Source: Podarcis bocagei (Eukaryota). From it: a stretch of DNA of 64,000 nucleotides. The notes below the pieces were generated by a model. It did no database searches. It was not told where the DNA came from and saw only the letters and a program-made list of their open reading frames with translations. Made by a program: the position numbers and the translations under genes. The stretch's first letter is position 1, and each line of letters starts with the position of its first letter. Below are positions 37,045 through 50,588 of the stretch, piece after piece. The DNA is taken from NCBI GenBank assembly GCA_964188305.1, contig OZ076901.1. One strand, written 5' to 3'.

Positions 37045-39539
37045 CATTTCCAACTGTGGAGGCAAAACATAGCCATCCATAACCTTATCCTCCATGAATT
37101 TGCCTTACCCTCTTTAAAAGCCATTCCAGTTGATAGCCATCACTGCCTCTTGTGAAAGTGAGTGCCTTTCCTTTTTTGTCTGCCCTGCATATTCCAGCAT
37201 TCGGCTTCATTGGATGCCCATGACTTCTAGAGAGGGAGAAAATCTTTCCTAAATCTATCCACCTTCTCCATGACATGCGCCCCTACCGAGTTTGTTTTGC
37301 AGGCATAGCCAGACCTGTGGGGTTTGTCCATCAACTGTAGAGAGAGCTCCCATCTCAGCTTTTGACTCCCACGAGCCGTTTTGTGCATTTGGGGTCCACA
37401 CATGAGGAGAATGTGATGCTGAACTATGCAGACTTCTTGCCCCGATGCCAAGAAAGCGGCCAGATTTCAGGCAACCAACTGCGCGCTGTAAAAATGCAGA
37501 GGCTGGCGATGACATGATGAGGAAGAGTTCCAGCTTGTTTGGGTCAGGACCCCGTTTGTGCAGGTGGCACGGAGAGAAAGGAAGTTTTGTTCCAGCCAGA
37601 GCTCAGAGCAGAGGCAGCATGGGAAGGGCTCTTGGTGATGGATTGCCCTGTGAAAATAAATGGCAGGAGGGCTTTCTGTGCAATTCTCTCTTCTAAAGGT
37701 CCCCACCCTGTGCCATCATCCATAAGGTTAATCTTATCATCAAGAAAACTGATCGGAATGGCGTTGGTGGCTGCATCCCTGGAACCATCTATCTTCGAAG
37801 ACAAGGAAGAGGGACATTATTTGAGTCTCCTTCAGTCTGCAATATGTGTTTGTCAGGGACGTTGGAGACTGCTGACAGAATTGGAAAGGGGAGCGGTAAC
37901 TGGGTGATGTTGGAAATCAATCCGGGGAATGCAATCCACATTCGGTACTGTTGCTGCTTTCACCTGCAAGCCATACATGCTTTATTACACCCACCCCTCA
38001 TTTGCGCTGCATTTCCTTTGCACAGACATGAACAGGGTGGATCAATGCAACAACAAAGTGATTTATGTTACTTACGTAAGTTACATAATTTTGCCCCAGC
38101 AAAAAATTCATTTTTGGTGGAAGTTGGCCTGCAGTGGAATGCAAACAGTGCTGCATGCAAAGAGTACAGGAAATGGAGTGGGGAAATGTGCCTTCTTACA
38201 TCCCTAGTAGTTATATTTAGCAGCTGTGGACATCTGGCAGCCACACTGTTTTAATGCCTTTGCTTACAGTCCAACCACCAATATCTGATCACCCCATCTG
38301 TGTATATGTAGGAGTGAAAGAGCTAAGATAATAATATGAGCAAAGGTTGTTTCAGCCTTCATCAACCTAATGCCCTCCAGAAGTTATGGACTACAATTTC
38401 CACCAGTCCCAGTCCCAGCCAGCTTGGCAGAGGTTGGTGTGCACATTTGTGTTGCTTTTGTGTTTTTTTTGGTTTGCCTGGGCCGTGTGCGAAATCAGAG
38501 TTGAAATTGCCGTGTGCCTTTGTTCTAAACCCACAGTCCCCAAATTGCGGGTTGCTCTTTTGATTTTAATAGGAGCTGAATTTTACCTCTTCCGATGCGG
38601 AGGAAAGAGTTTCTATTTATCTGCTATAATGTTCTCGCTCAAGACCAGTTGAAAGGAGGAAAACCTTTTAGAACATTAAGGGGAAGATCTGGACTATTAA
38701 TTTTAATGGGAGCCGGGTCTGTATATCCCTTAGGCAGCTTGGGCATGGGAGGGGGGAGTCCTCCACTTAATGCCACCTCTGCTGTTCAAAAGCCTCTAGA
38801 AAGCATCTATATTCCTCCCCCCCCCCCGATGGTCCTTGAGAGTCAGGCCTGCATGTAGGTCTGGCGAGGAAAGCGGCAATTTATACAGGCCTGCGACAAA
38901 TGAAGGAATATCACTCCCCACTTTGCATTACAACAAGGGAGAAAGGGGGTGGCTTTGGATCTGCTTGTGCTCCCAGGAGGTCACTGAGAGTTGAAGTCCC
39001 ACTCAGCCGCTCGCCTCGCCAGGTGGAACAATCTGCAACGCTCAGCCCCATGGCGTCAAGGCACAACATCCCGATCTCAGCCTGTTTTCCCCATCGGCAA
39101 ATGCCACAAGCTTGGCTGGGCGGCTGTTGATGTTACAAACACACAGAGAGATGCAGAACCTGTTGGAAAAAAGAGCCTCTGAATCAAGAGAGTCCCCCCC
39201 CTCCTCCCCACAAGAAATGGGCCATTTGAGCACGGAGCTGAGCAAGAGGAGAAGGAAACCAGATCGCTGGCTTTGCTCCTGCTGGGTCTTCCTCAGACAA
39301 ACATGGAATGTGTTAACATCCATACGTCTTCTCAGTTGATGAATGGAGGAAGGGTTCAAGGTCATAAAGTTATGGAGAAGAGTTGCCTCGAAATCCACAT
39401 TGAGAATGTAAGGAGGACCCTGAGCTGCATCAGAAGGACTCTAATGAAGTATCTGGCCCAGCATCCTGTACTCACAGTGGCCAATCAGATGCCTACACGA
39501 GAAGCAAGACTTGAGCACAACAACCAAGGGCAATCAAAA

Positions 39540-39680
39540 TCATAGAATTGAAGAGTTTGAAGGCACCTTGAGGGCCATCTAGTTCAACCCCCTACAATGA
39601 AGGAATCTTTTGCCCAACGTGGGGCTCTCTCGAACCCACAACAGTGAGAGTCTCAGACTCTACTGACTGAGCTACCCCAG
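39540..39680 (-). mobile_element. Squam2-like tRNA SINE
   Basis: Reverse complement gives tRNA head plus CR1 tail. Confidence 0.75.
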
Positions 39681-39689
39681 TCAAGAGGA

Positions 39690-40010
39690 CAGAGCAACTC
39701 CTCTATGAAGGAGGATTGCAGCATCTGGGACCTCTTTGTTTAGGGAAAAGGCGAGCGACAGGCAACATGGTAGAGGTTTATGAAATTATGCATGGCATGG
39801 AGATAAGCTTTTCTCCCTTTCTCAATACACTAGAACTGGTGGGCATCTAACAAAGCTCAGTCTAACAAAGTTGGGAAATCCAGGACAGATAAAAGAACGC
39901 CCTTCTTCATGCAGTGCATAGTTAAACTATGGAACTCGCTCCCACAAGAGACTGTGACGCCCAACAACCTAGATGGCTTCAAAAGAGGATTAGAAAATTC
40001 ATGGAGGAGA
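39690..40010 (+). mobile_element. CR1-clade LINE ORF2 3' fragment
   Basis: Remnants ...YEIMHGME... and IVKLWNSLPQETV...LDGFKRGL. Confidence 0.7.
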
Positions 40011-40582
40011 GGGCATCTGGTTGGCCATACGAGAATGGAATGCTGGAGGAGATGGGCCATCAGCCTGATGCAACATGCTTCTCCTATGTTCAACAGCATT
40101 CTCCCAGCTTGGGATGCCCAGGAGGAGCTGGTCTTCAGAGGTGTACTGTCTCTGGCAGTGGAGGAAGAGCATCATCCCCCTGGCTAGTAGCCACTGATAG
40201 CTTTATTCTCCATGAATTTCTTTAATCCTCTTTTCAAAAAGCATTTGAGTTGGTGGCCTTGGCTGCACCTTGTGGAAGCAAATCCCATAGCTTAACTAAT
40301 GCACTGCATGGTGAAGTACTTCCTTTTGTCTGCCTTGATTCTTCTAGTCATTCAACTTTATTGACTGTCCCCGAATTCTCATATTGGGAGGGAGGGAGGA
40401 AAACTGCTCCCTGCTCAGTTTCTTCACACAACACATAGCCCCTCATCTAGCTCAGTATAGTCTATATTGGCCAGCTGTGGCTCTTGAGGTTCTTAGGCAG
40501 GATGCTTCCCCTGCCCTACCTGGGATACTAGGGTTGGAACATGGGGCCTTGCAAGGCACATCCTCCATCACTGAGCTATGAC

Positions 40583-41332
40583 AAACCCTGCAACTTTTCT
40601 CTGATGAAAATAGGGACGTTCTATTCAATAATAAGGGATGCGGGTGGCGCTGTGGTCTAAACCACAGAGCCTAGGACTTGCTGATCAGAAGGTCGGCGGT
40701 TTGAATCCCCGCGACGGAGTGAGCTCCCGTTGCTCGGTCACTGCTCCTGCCCACCTAGCAGTTCGAAAGCACATCAAAGTGCATGTAGATAAATAGGTAC
40801 CGCTCCAGCGGGAAGGTAAACGGCATTTCCATTCGCTGCTCTGGTTCGCCAGAAGTGGCTTAGTCATGCTGGCCACATGACCCGGAAGCTGTACGCCGGC
40901 TCCCTTGGCCAGTAAAATGAGATGAGCGCTGCAACCCCAGAGTTGGCCACGACTGGACCTAATGGTCAGGGGTCCCTTTACCTTTATTCAATAATAATAA
41001 TATATATATATTTATTTATACCCCACCCATCTGACTGGGTTGCCCCAGCCACTCTGGGCAGATTCTGACATATGTAAAAACATAACAAAACATTAAACAT
41101 CTAAAAATTTCCCTATGCAGGGCTGCCTTCAGACATCTTCTAAAGGTTGTACAGTTACTTATCTCCTTGGCTCGGGGGTCGCATAACTCCCTCCATACCT
41201 TCTGACATTTCTCCGATGAAAATAGGGACCTCCTAAGGAAAAGCACAACATTCCAGGATCCAATCAGAAACCAGGATGGCTTCTGTAAATCTCGGACTGT
41301 CCCTGGAATATAGGGGCACTTGGAAGGTCTGC
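40583..41332 (+). mobile_element. Composite repeat (MITE arm plus captured LINE tail) with nested Sauria SINE at 40635-40984
   Basis: Internal direct repeat tttctc(c/t)gatgaaaatagggac; SINE TSD tattcaataataa; homologous to 44603-45352 in the opposite orientation. Confidence 0.8.
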
Positions 41333-44300
41333 TACAGCCTTGCAAGCTCTTGAACCCCTCTGCAGCCTCTCTCCCTCAACTGCCTTCCCCCCAGGCATGA
41401 GCCAGGTCAGCAGACCAGCTTTTGACATGCTGCTAAATGAGTGACCTTATCCAGGGTACCAGGTGCCATGCAAACAGCCCAGGTGAAATATGGCTCATAG
41501 AACGCAGGTGAGCTATTAGCGAAGCTGTGGCCGGAGTTTGGTTGCCCTGTTGCTAAGCCCGGCGGCTGTGCTGTCTGGGCTCTGGGCCGTGATGTGCCTG
41601 CCTGGAATCTGGGGCCATTTGTGGATTTCTGTGCCATGTTGAAATGCTGGTCTCCGTCTAGGAAAAAGTTCAGGCAGGACCCCTTGGAAGATCAATGGAG
41701 GGTGTCGGCGAGGGGTGGAGGGTGGGAAGCAGGTGACCGCCGGAGTCTCAGCCAGACAGGGCTCGTCTTTCAGCAGCTGTAAGCCATTTATTAGTTGGGT
41801 TTTAATGTTTCCGAAAAAGCCCCATTGGGTGGGCAGAGGCTGGAGAGAGACAAGTGTGAGGAAGGGGGAAAAATGTGTTAATTACCAGTCCATTTGTGTG
41901 ACGCAGGTCTGGCCCAGTCTGTCATCTCTTCTCCCCCCCACCCCCCGACTAGCCTTCCATTTTCATGCGGGGATCCCGGCGGGGCCTTTGTTGCCCGGGG
42001 TCACCATGGAGACGGCAGCTGCAGCTGACTCTCCCTGTTAGAACAAACCGCCAGCGCCTCAGAAACCATTTTGGAAGCATTTGTCCCGACAGCCTCTGCT
42101 AATCTCTCTTTCATTTGTAATTATCTTATCACACAAGCATTCTCGCCGTGCTACCATGGCATTTCCTTTCTTCGTCTCCCACCCACCCCCCTCCCGCCAA
42201 TGCCGCCCACCCCACACGGCCACAAATGCTCCTCAGGGCATTTGGGTGTGTTAGCAAAGGTAAAGGGCAGCGGCAGAGTGCCCAGCCCGAGATGGACAGA
42301 GCAGGCTTCAAACAGGCCTGAGTCCCAACAGGCCGCCTTGTCATGGGTCTGGCGCGATTGAAGTTGGCCGAGTTCTGGGGCTTGGAGCCCTTTGAGGCTG
42401 GCCGTGATATCTCTGCCAAGAATAATTGAACAACTAGTTTTATCAGGGAGAATCGACAGCTGTAGAGAGAGAGAGCAGGCGATTTCTAGAGGATTAGGGA
42501 AGAGCTGTGAAAGGGGACTCTCACGGGAAGTGGATTCGGTCAGCCAAGAACAAATGTTGAAGGCTTTGGGTTTTTTTCTCTTATTTTGGGGGTTGTTTTC
42601 TTCGTTTATTTTTTCATTTGTGAAAAAAAAATAAGTTGCTGAATAATAATAAAAAGTGCAGACAGAAAACAAAACAAAACAACCTCTTCTACTATATTGT
42701 CGCATGCTATCCCAGTCTCTGAGTGGTACCAATCTCTGGTTTCCTCAGAATGAGAGACAGAGGAAATTGTGGTGTCTTCAGGATATAGAGCTTATTTACA
42801 CATACATACAACCTGAGCCCACGATGGAGGTGGGGGAACTAATTTAGCTAAAAGTTCGTCCGTTAAAAAAAATCATTTTACATTGAAATCTAGATACTGA
42901 GGAAGAAGGTTCTCGCCACAGCCCTCTCACTAAAATCTTCATTTTATTGATCTGAGCAGATACCAGAGTGGAAAGCAACACAAAGACACACCCACAAATT
43001 CATATAATATGCAACAACAAGACCACTAGAATTCCTTCCAATCAACTGGAGCACCTAAAAATAGGATTAAGCCAACGTCAATAGACTAAACAACTGAACC
43101 CCCCCCCCCCAGCCTTTGCCAGACGTTGAATTTGCGAATTTTTAAAAAAATCCTCATTCATCAGCATTTTAGTGCAAATTTCTCCTAACAGGCACATTTT
43201 TGTCCAATATACACATTTTTTTGAAAAGCTATTTCTCCTAATGTAATGCATTTATGTACGGTATGCTACATCCCCCAGTGGGTGCAAACTTTGCCCTAGT
43301 GCACACAGTTTTGTAGGTATCACTTGGCTGGAGACTTGCATGGCAAAATTCAGGGAAGTGCAAATTTCAAAGTGGGTTTGCCTTTAAATGTAAACTGAAT
43401 CAAATCGCCCCACCAATCCCCACCTCCACGTCCTACACCCATTGAAATAATGGCATTGTAAAAATGACATTTTTAAGAGGGTCACAGTGTCCTTTCTCTT
43501 GGCAGATCAAGATGAACAGGTGACAGCAGAAGCTGCAAGGTTTTTAACCGGGGCATTTAGAATAAGATCCATTATTTGACTATTGATCCAGATCCCCAAA
43601 ATGTATTTTATAAAACTAACATTTTACCTTTATCCCATGTATACTGCATTTTGTTTTATTGCTATGGCTGGTGGCTGATGCAAATAAAGATTCATTCATT
43701 CACTCATTCACTCATTCATACATTTTTAAGAATGTACGCCTATGGGTAATCAAACGAAGGAAATACTTAGCAGAGACCAGAGGAGGAAAGGAAGAGGCTA
43801 GGAACAGGATGTCAGGCCAGGAAGGAGGAGAATCAGGAGCAACTGGCTTTCGTTCATGGGAGAGGATGAAGCCAGACTTGATCAAGGCCTGGGGCTCGGC
43901 AGCCTGGGATATGAGATGTGCACTTTTTAAGCAAATAACTTCCCCAGAAAGAAGGATACTCATAAATAATAATGTTCTGGCATGTATGAATTCATGAAGC
44001 GCCCATGACCGGAGGGATGAGAAAGAGAGAGAGAGAGGGGAAATGCTATTTATTCTGGAGACTTTAATTTAATTTGACAAATAGACATCATGGCAACTGA
44101 CACCGTGTTATCTCCATTTCAAGAGGCAGAGATTTACAGTGCGATCCAACCACAGATCTGCAAAGATGGGGAAGGTTTGGATAGAGCTCACCTTGGCCCT
44201 TTCTCTAGAAACCATTGAGACTGATGGAACTGATGAGGCTCTGCCTGTAGCAAAAAAGACATACAACGGGGTCCAAAGGGTCCTTATTCTGAAAACAAAT

Positions 44301-44602
44301 ATTTGATTGTTTGCTTGACTCCTGATCCCTCAGCTCTCATCCCCAACTTAAACCAAGCTGAAGTTTGCTCACATCTGTTCCTTGAAAGGGTTGGGTGGGA
44401 GGACACCTGCTTTGCCTACAGAAGGTCCCAGTCTCAATCTCTGTGCACAGCTAGATCGCCCAATGGCTCTGACTTTGTATAAAGCCACTTCCCAGGTTCC
44501 TGGCTAGCTATCTCTCCCTTTGCTCTGTCTCCACTGTCAAAACTGAGCTCTTTTGACCTATCCTCTCCCCCCCCTCCTGCTTGTGATACTTCATATACAC
44601 TA

Positions 44603-44907
44603 GACCCACCAAGTTTCCCTGTTTTCCAGGGACAGTCCTGGATTTACAGAAGCTGTCCCTGTTTCTGAGTTGATCCCAGAATGTCCTGCTTTTCCTTAGG
44701 ATGTTCCTATTTGCATCCGAGAAATGTTGGAGGGTATGGAGATATGTGACCCCCAACGCCAAGGAGATAAGTCACTATGCAACCTTTAGAAGACATCTGA
44801 AGGCAGCCCTGTATAGGGAAGTTTTAAAATGTTTAATGTTTCATCATGTTTTTATATGTGTTGGAAGCCACCCAGAGTGGCTGGGGAAAGCCAATCAGAT
44901 GGGCAGG

Positions 44908-44951
<44 letters not shown>

Positions 44952-45352
44952 GAATTATGGTGCTGGAAGAGACTCTTGAGAGTCCCATGGACTGCAAGAA
45001 GATCAAACCTATCCATTCTGAAGGAAATCAGCCCTGAGTGCTCACTGGAAGGACAGATCCTGAAGCTGAGGCTCCAATACTTTGGCCACCTCATGAGAAT
45101 AGAAGACTCCCTGGAAAAGACCCTGATGCTGGGAAAGATGAAGGGCACAAAGAGAAGGGGACGACAGAGGACGAGATGGTTGAACAGTGTTCTTGAAGCT
45201 ACCAACATGAGTTTGACCAAACTGCGGGTGGCAGTGGAAGACAGAAGTGCCTGGCGTGCTCTGGTCCATGGGGTCACGAAGAGTCGGACACGACTAAACA
45301 ACAACGATTATTGGAAAGGATATCCCTATTTTCATCGGAGAAATGTTGGAGG
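44603..45352 (-). mobile_element. Second copy of the composite repeat, with nested Bov-B 3' fragment (44950-45306, +)
   Basis: Bov-B translation ELWCWKRLLRVPWTARRSN...; host resumes after the tail as attattggaaaggatatccctattttcatcggagaaatg. Confidence 0.85.
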
Positions 45353-48300
45353 ACAATACAGTGATGGTGCTATGCACGAATAATAATAGTGATGATGATA
45401 TCATTATTTTGGCTATTTGGGTCCAAACATGACACCTGCCCATTGGCTGAATGAAGAAGAGAAGAATCCTGTGAGGGATGAAGAAGCCTCGCTTTCGCAT
45501 TAAGAGCGTTGATTGCTTGTTTTCCCAACACAGTTCAGTCGCTCTGCTTATCAAAGAGCCCTTCAATCAAATCTCATTACATTAGTTAGTGCTGAATTGA
45601 TGTCACTGCCAAAGAATTTCCTCTTGGCTTGGCCTGTCTGCTGCAACACGCTGATGGCAAGTTGGAGACATCTACATATTTGCAAAGTTGAAACTCCTTG
45701 GATACATCCTGTGTTTGTTTGTTTCACTTTAAATGGAAGTGAATTAGTTTTTGGGGGGGGGCATTTTGAAATGTTTGGAGAGTCTCCTGGCAGTGGTGCA
45801 CATGGGTGTGGTCACCTTGGAACATGGATGCGCACATCCCAGTAGAAACGGCAGAGTGGGCAAGTTGGTAGGATTTAGGGGCAACTACATCTGTCTGTGA
45901 TCCTGAAGGACAGAACTGCCCTGGGCTGGAGCCACCATGATGCTCAGGAATGCACAGAGCAAGGCTCTCCAACTCAGGTGGTTTCCCATGCTGCAATGTA
46001 CACCTGCCATGCTTCTTGTAGAAGCACGCTAAACATTTCCTGCAGCTCTGAACGTAGCAGCTTCCGTCGTCCTCTTCAGAGAGGAAACAGGAGCTTGTGT
46101 TCTGTTTCTAGTATATTTGCCTGCTTTGAATTCATTTTATTGTCTTTCTAAATTTTGTGAGGTGCCCTGGGAATTGTATTGAAGGGTGTGGTACTATTCC
46201 CTCGACTAAATAAACAATCCCAGCTGTAGTAGAATCCAGGACACTGATAGGCCAAGACAGGTGGCATGAGAGCAGTGGCAAGGTGTTATAAGAGAGCCTT
46301 CCCATGGCCCCCTAAGCTAGCCTGCTGCTCTCAGGATGATGCTGTCGCAGTGTCAAAATAAAATTCAGCTACTGATCCAATCAGCTTCTGTATCTGAAAT
46401 GGGGGTGCTATCTTGTCCTTCACCTCAGGCTGCAGAATGCCTTAAGCCAGCCTTAGGAGCCAAGTCCTAATAAAATATTTGAGAGGGGCCAGCCCCCTCA
46501 AAGTTGATGGGCATTGCCTGCCTCCCCCCAATATTTTATCCAACTAAGCTGGATGGGAATCTGGGGTGCTCTCCCCATGGGTAACTACATTTGGGCATGT
46601 CATGTGATTATTTCTGACCAATGGAACTGTAGAGGCCTAACCTGTAGTTTAGCATTGGAACTTTATGGTTTTTTGACTAGTTCTGCTGGTGAGAGCTCCA
46701 AACCAAATGAGTGGAATGTCTGAGCATAGACCTCTGCACATATATGTACTCAAATCCAAATCGAGATATGGAAGACCCTTGCAGATCTTGGAATAAATGT
46801 TGTTTCCAAGCAAATAGATAAATCCACCTTCCTTGCAACCAGGATCTGTTCAGGAACTTCCTGTGTTTCTGGGAGCTTTAGACCAGGAGTAGCCAATGCC
46901 TAGCTGTTGTTGGGATCCAAGCACCAACCAGCTCAGCCAACAGTCTTGGATGACGAGAGTTGGAGTCCCACAACATATTGAAGGCACCATGTTGGCTTTG
47001 GAGATGATGTGCTATAAGGACAAGGTATTTTATCTGCAGTACATCATTCCGCCACCAGATGTACCTGTACACTCACAGAATACACTTTTAGGGCACAGCG
47101 ACTGGGGAAAGAAGAGGACATGGATCCAATTTTCCTGTTCACGTGAGAATCTCTGTGTAGGGAAAAAGCCCCACCATGCACAGTTCTTGAGAAGAAGTGT
47201 GCAGAAAGTGTTGAGGCAACTACAGAGGTCATAAAGCCACTCACTGCATCAACCGTATGTTTGTGGCAGGATAAATACTGATGCCATTTTTCTGAAGTTC
47301 CGATGTGCAAGACGAAATCATCTCTGTGTTGAACAACATTATGGGTGAGATGGGACTTCTGTCCAATGTGGCAATGCACCACGAAGTGGCTATGGGGAGA
47401 CTTCTTCCATGGAGGATTTTCATCTGGACCTAAAGCAGGAGCTGGCGGATTTTAGGCTTGTTGGATCTCTTTTGTATTCTGCTAGAACCCCAGGATCTAC
47501 CAACCAGAACCATGTGCAAAGTACATATAAGTAGTATTAAAGAACAGAGGGCCTCTCAGAACATTCTGAGCCTAGGACTTTGTTTTCACCAGCATTGCTG
47601 GTGGGTTATTATTTATTTTTTTCAACAGCTGAATTTAAGTGGGAAATCAGTGTCTGAATGGAATCTCTCCTGAGAACCACTTATAGATGTCACCTTGGGC
47701 TCCATGATGGAAGAAAGGTGGAACATTTGTGTAAGAAGATGTATTTCTTATTCACTGTATGTACAGTGACTGGTCTTAGGAATTTTTGACATCTTACTGG
47801 CACAAGACTAGGACTTTTTTCAGCTAGAACTTATTGGAACTCCATTCTAGCACCTCTCAGCTGGGCACCATTGCCATTATAAGAGAACAAGGGAGGTGTT
47901 CATGGTGAGTTCCAGCACATTATTATTTTTTTTATAGAAAAACAGCACTGCATAAGACACATATTGGATCCTTGGAAAGATGGGTTGAGCCAGGAGGTTG
48001 TAAGTTACCTCAGAGTTGTGTCTATGAATTGGCTATCAATAAAATCCTAGCTGTTTCCTCTGTCTTTCCATTGTATTGTTTCTATTACATAAAGGATATG
48101 ATTCCAGCTCTTCTGAATTCTAGGAGGCACACATTGTCTTGACTCATCATGCGTGTTCTTTGTAACCATAGCAAGGTTAACACCTCTAGGAGCCTCCTTT
48201 TTCAGAGTCATGGTGAACACATGTCTCCAAAAAGGTATATATCTTAATTAGGCAACAGATATATATATATATATATGTATATATATTGCCTAATTAAAAA

Positions 48301-49653
48301 AATGCATTTAACTTAATTAGGCAGTAGATAGTTAGACATGGGTTAACTTGGCTGATGGAAATATTTATATCCAGACCCAAGGCAGCTTAACAACCATCCT
48401 AAGAAACAGTGAACAACACATACTAATCAAACCAGCAGCTGAAATAACTATGGACAGGGGAGAAATTCAGCTAAGTTTGCATTTAAATACTTCCCTCCCC
48501 CATTCACACTTCCTGAAACAATACCTGAAATGCACTTCCTTCAGAGTTGCACCTCTGACTTTTGCAATGCAGTTCTCCAATTAAATGACATGTACAAAAA
48601 AAGTTATATTAGGGGAAAGAATGTACCGTATATCAATACATGTAGTAGTAAAAATAACACACCAAAAATGCATCTTATTTAGGGAAATACGGCAATGTGT
48701 ATGTTACCCTCTGGCTTCTTATTATTCATTCTTGTTGGAGTACTTAAATACTTTCTGATATTCAGGGTTGTAATTTGGTGTGCTGGTTTGCTCTTGCTAT
48801 TTCATTCTGCAACTCTGTATTACCTTTCCTTTTTCTTTGTCACCTCCTTGTTTCCCCCCTGCCTATATGTTTTTGTATGTAACGAAAATTCAATAAAAAG
48901 CTTTTTCTAAAACAAACAAACAAAAATATGCATATTAAGAGAAAATGCGTATCTGAGGAAATCTGCACTAAAAAAATTGAACGAATTTTCAAGAGCACAT
49001 TAAAAAAAACAAATAAATCCCAAACTAACGTCCGTAATGTGGTGAACTCTAAAGCTGGAAAAATGAGAAACACAGAAACCAAAATGGACAGATTTGTCTA
49101 TCTCTTGTAAAAGCAGACATAAGTGATATTCAATTACCCAAGAACACCCTTACTGAAAAGTATATCTGAAGAGTGTTGAGGTTGGTTTTAGTTGATGCCT
49201 GAATTAACAAAGAGAAGGAGCCATCTGGATCTCCTGTAACATGCCCAGCCTGGGTGTCACCAACAAGACTGGGTGTCACCAATCAAGCTGGGTGCCACTA
49301 ACCAGGAAGACATGGGAGAAAATGCTGGGGTGCCCTTGGGGGTGGCCCTGGGAAGATCAGCTCTTTTCTGCACCATCCCAGTGGTTCCCAAACCTTTTCC
49401 GGCCACCGCCCCTTGGTTCCACAAACTCATCCCTAGTGCCCCTACCCCATACAAAGCATTATTCATTATTCGGTTTGCACGACCCACTAAAGAAGATAAC
49501 ACAGCAAAATTCAAAACAGTAACAATTAATTGCACATTTATTCCAAGTCCAATTTAAACTGTTTAGATTAATTAATTCAGCAAAATGGATGGATTTGATC
49601 CAGTGATACCAGCTTTTCAAAGTCTCATAGTCAGCGTCCCCCTTGCCTCTTAG

Positions 49654-50588
49654 CAGTGGCATAGCGTGGGTTGCTGGTGCCCAGGGCTGCTCAGAGGGGT
49701 GGGTGGGGGGAGGGAAATTGACAGACCACTCAACTGCCTGTGTCACCCAGGAGATCTCAGCTGCAGAGATAAGAAAAGAAGAGTCATTCTGTTGTCTGGA
49801 GAGGTCGCTTCCTGGTTTGCATGGAGAAGCTGTTTTCTTTTCTTTTCTCCCCCCCCCAAATTTATAACAAACATAAACAAAAAACATCAAAAAACAAGCA
49901 AACAAACAAACATATATCCAAACTGTAAAAATTCCACTTTTGTTATCATTGTTGGGTGACTTCCTCGAGTCCCCCTGGCTGAGTTTCCATATAAACCATT
50001 GTAGCAGTTTTCCAAAACTAATTTCACATAAAATTTACCTGATCCATTAACCTCTTTCTTTCTTATTATTTTAACTTTTATCCATAGTATTCTACAACAT
50101 CACATAATTTAATCCTAGGCCAATCTGATACTCGCAAGTAATTCTATTTAATTTATCTTAACATATTTAACTAAATAATCTTTGAATTTCTTCCATTCCT
50201 CTTGACACTTCTCCTTCTTCTGGTCGCGGACTCTTCCGGTCAGGTCAGCTAGCTCTGAAAAATCCATCATCTTCATCTGCCATTCCTCCACTTCTTGTGG
50301 TACTTCTTGTGATTTCCAATTTTTGGCCAGCAAAATTCTAGCAGCAGTTGTGACATACAAAAACAATCTGACATCTTTCTTGGGCAATTCCAAACCTATT
50401 ATTCCAAGTAGAAAGCCTTCTGGTTGCTTAATAAATGCATATTTCAACATTTGGAGAAGCTGTTTTCAAAGGAGCCCAGCAACGGAAGCATACATCTGTC
50501 TTGAGGCAGCACCAGGTGTTGAAATTTTTTGCCCCTAACAATTTTCCACCTGGGGCAACTGCCCCTGTGCCCCCAAGCTACATCACTG
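49654..50588. mobile_element. hAT MITE interrupted by an L1
   Basis: TIRs cagtggcatagc / gctacatcactg; perfect 8-bp TSD CCTCTTAG. Confidence 0.85.
49838..50451 (-). mobile_element. 5'-truncated L1-clade LINE (ORF2 C-terminus plus 3'UTR)
   Basis: FLLGII...TAARILLAKNWKSQEVP...EEWQMKMMD...EEWKKFKDYL; 16-bp TSD tggagaagctgttttc at 49822-49837 and 50452-50467. Confidence 0.88.

Noticed and set aside
46896-47540. Coding-like composition and ORFs near 47 kb
   Set aside because: No recognisable protein similarity or consistent splice signals; a BLASTX search would be needed
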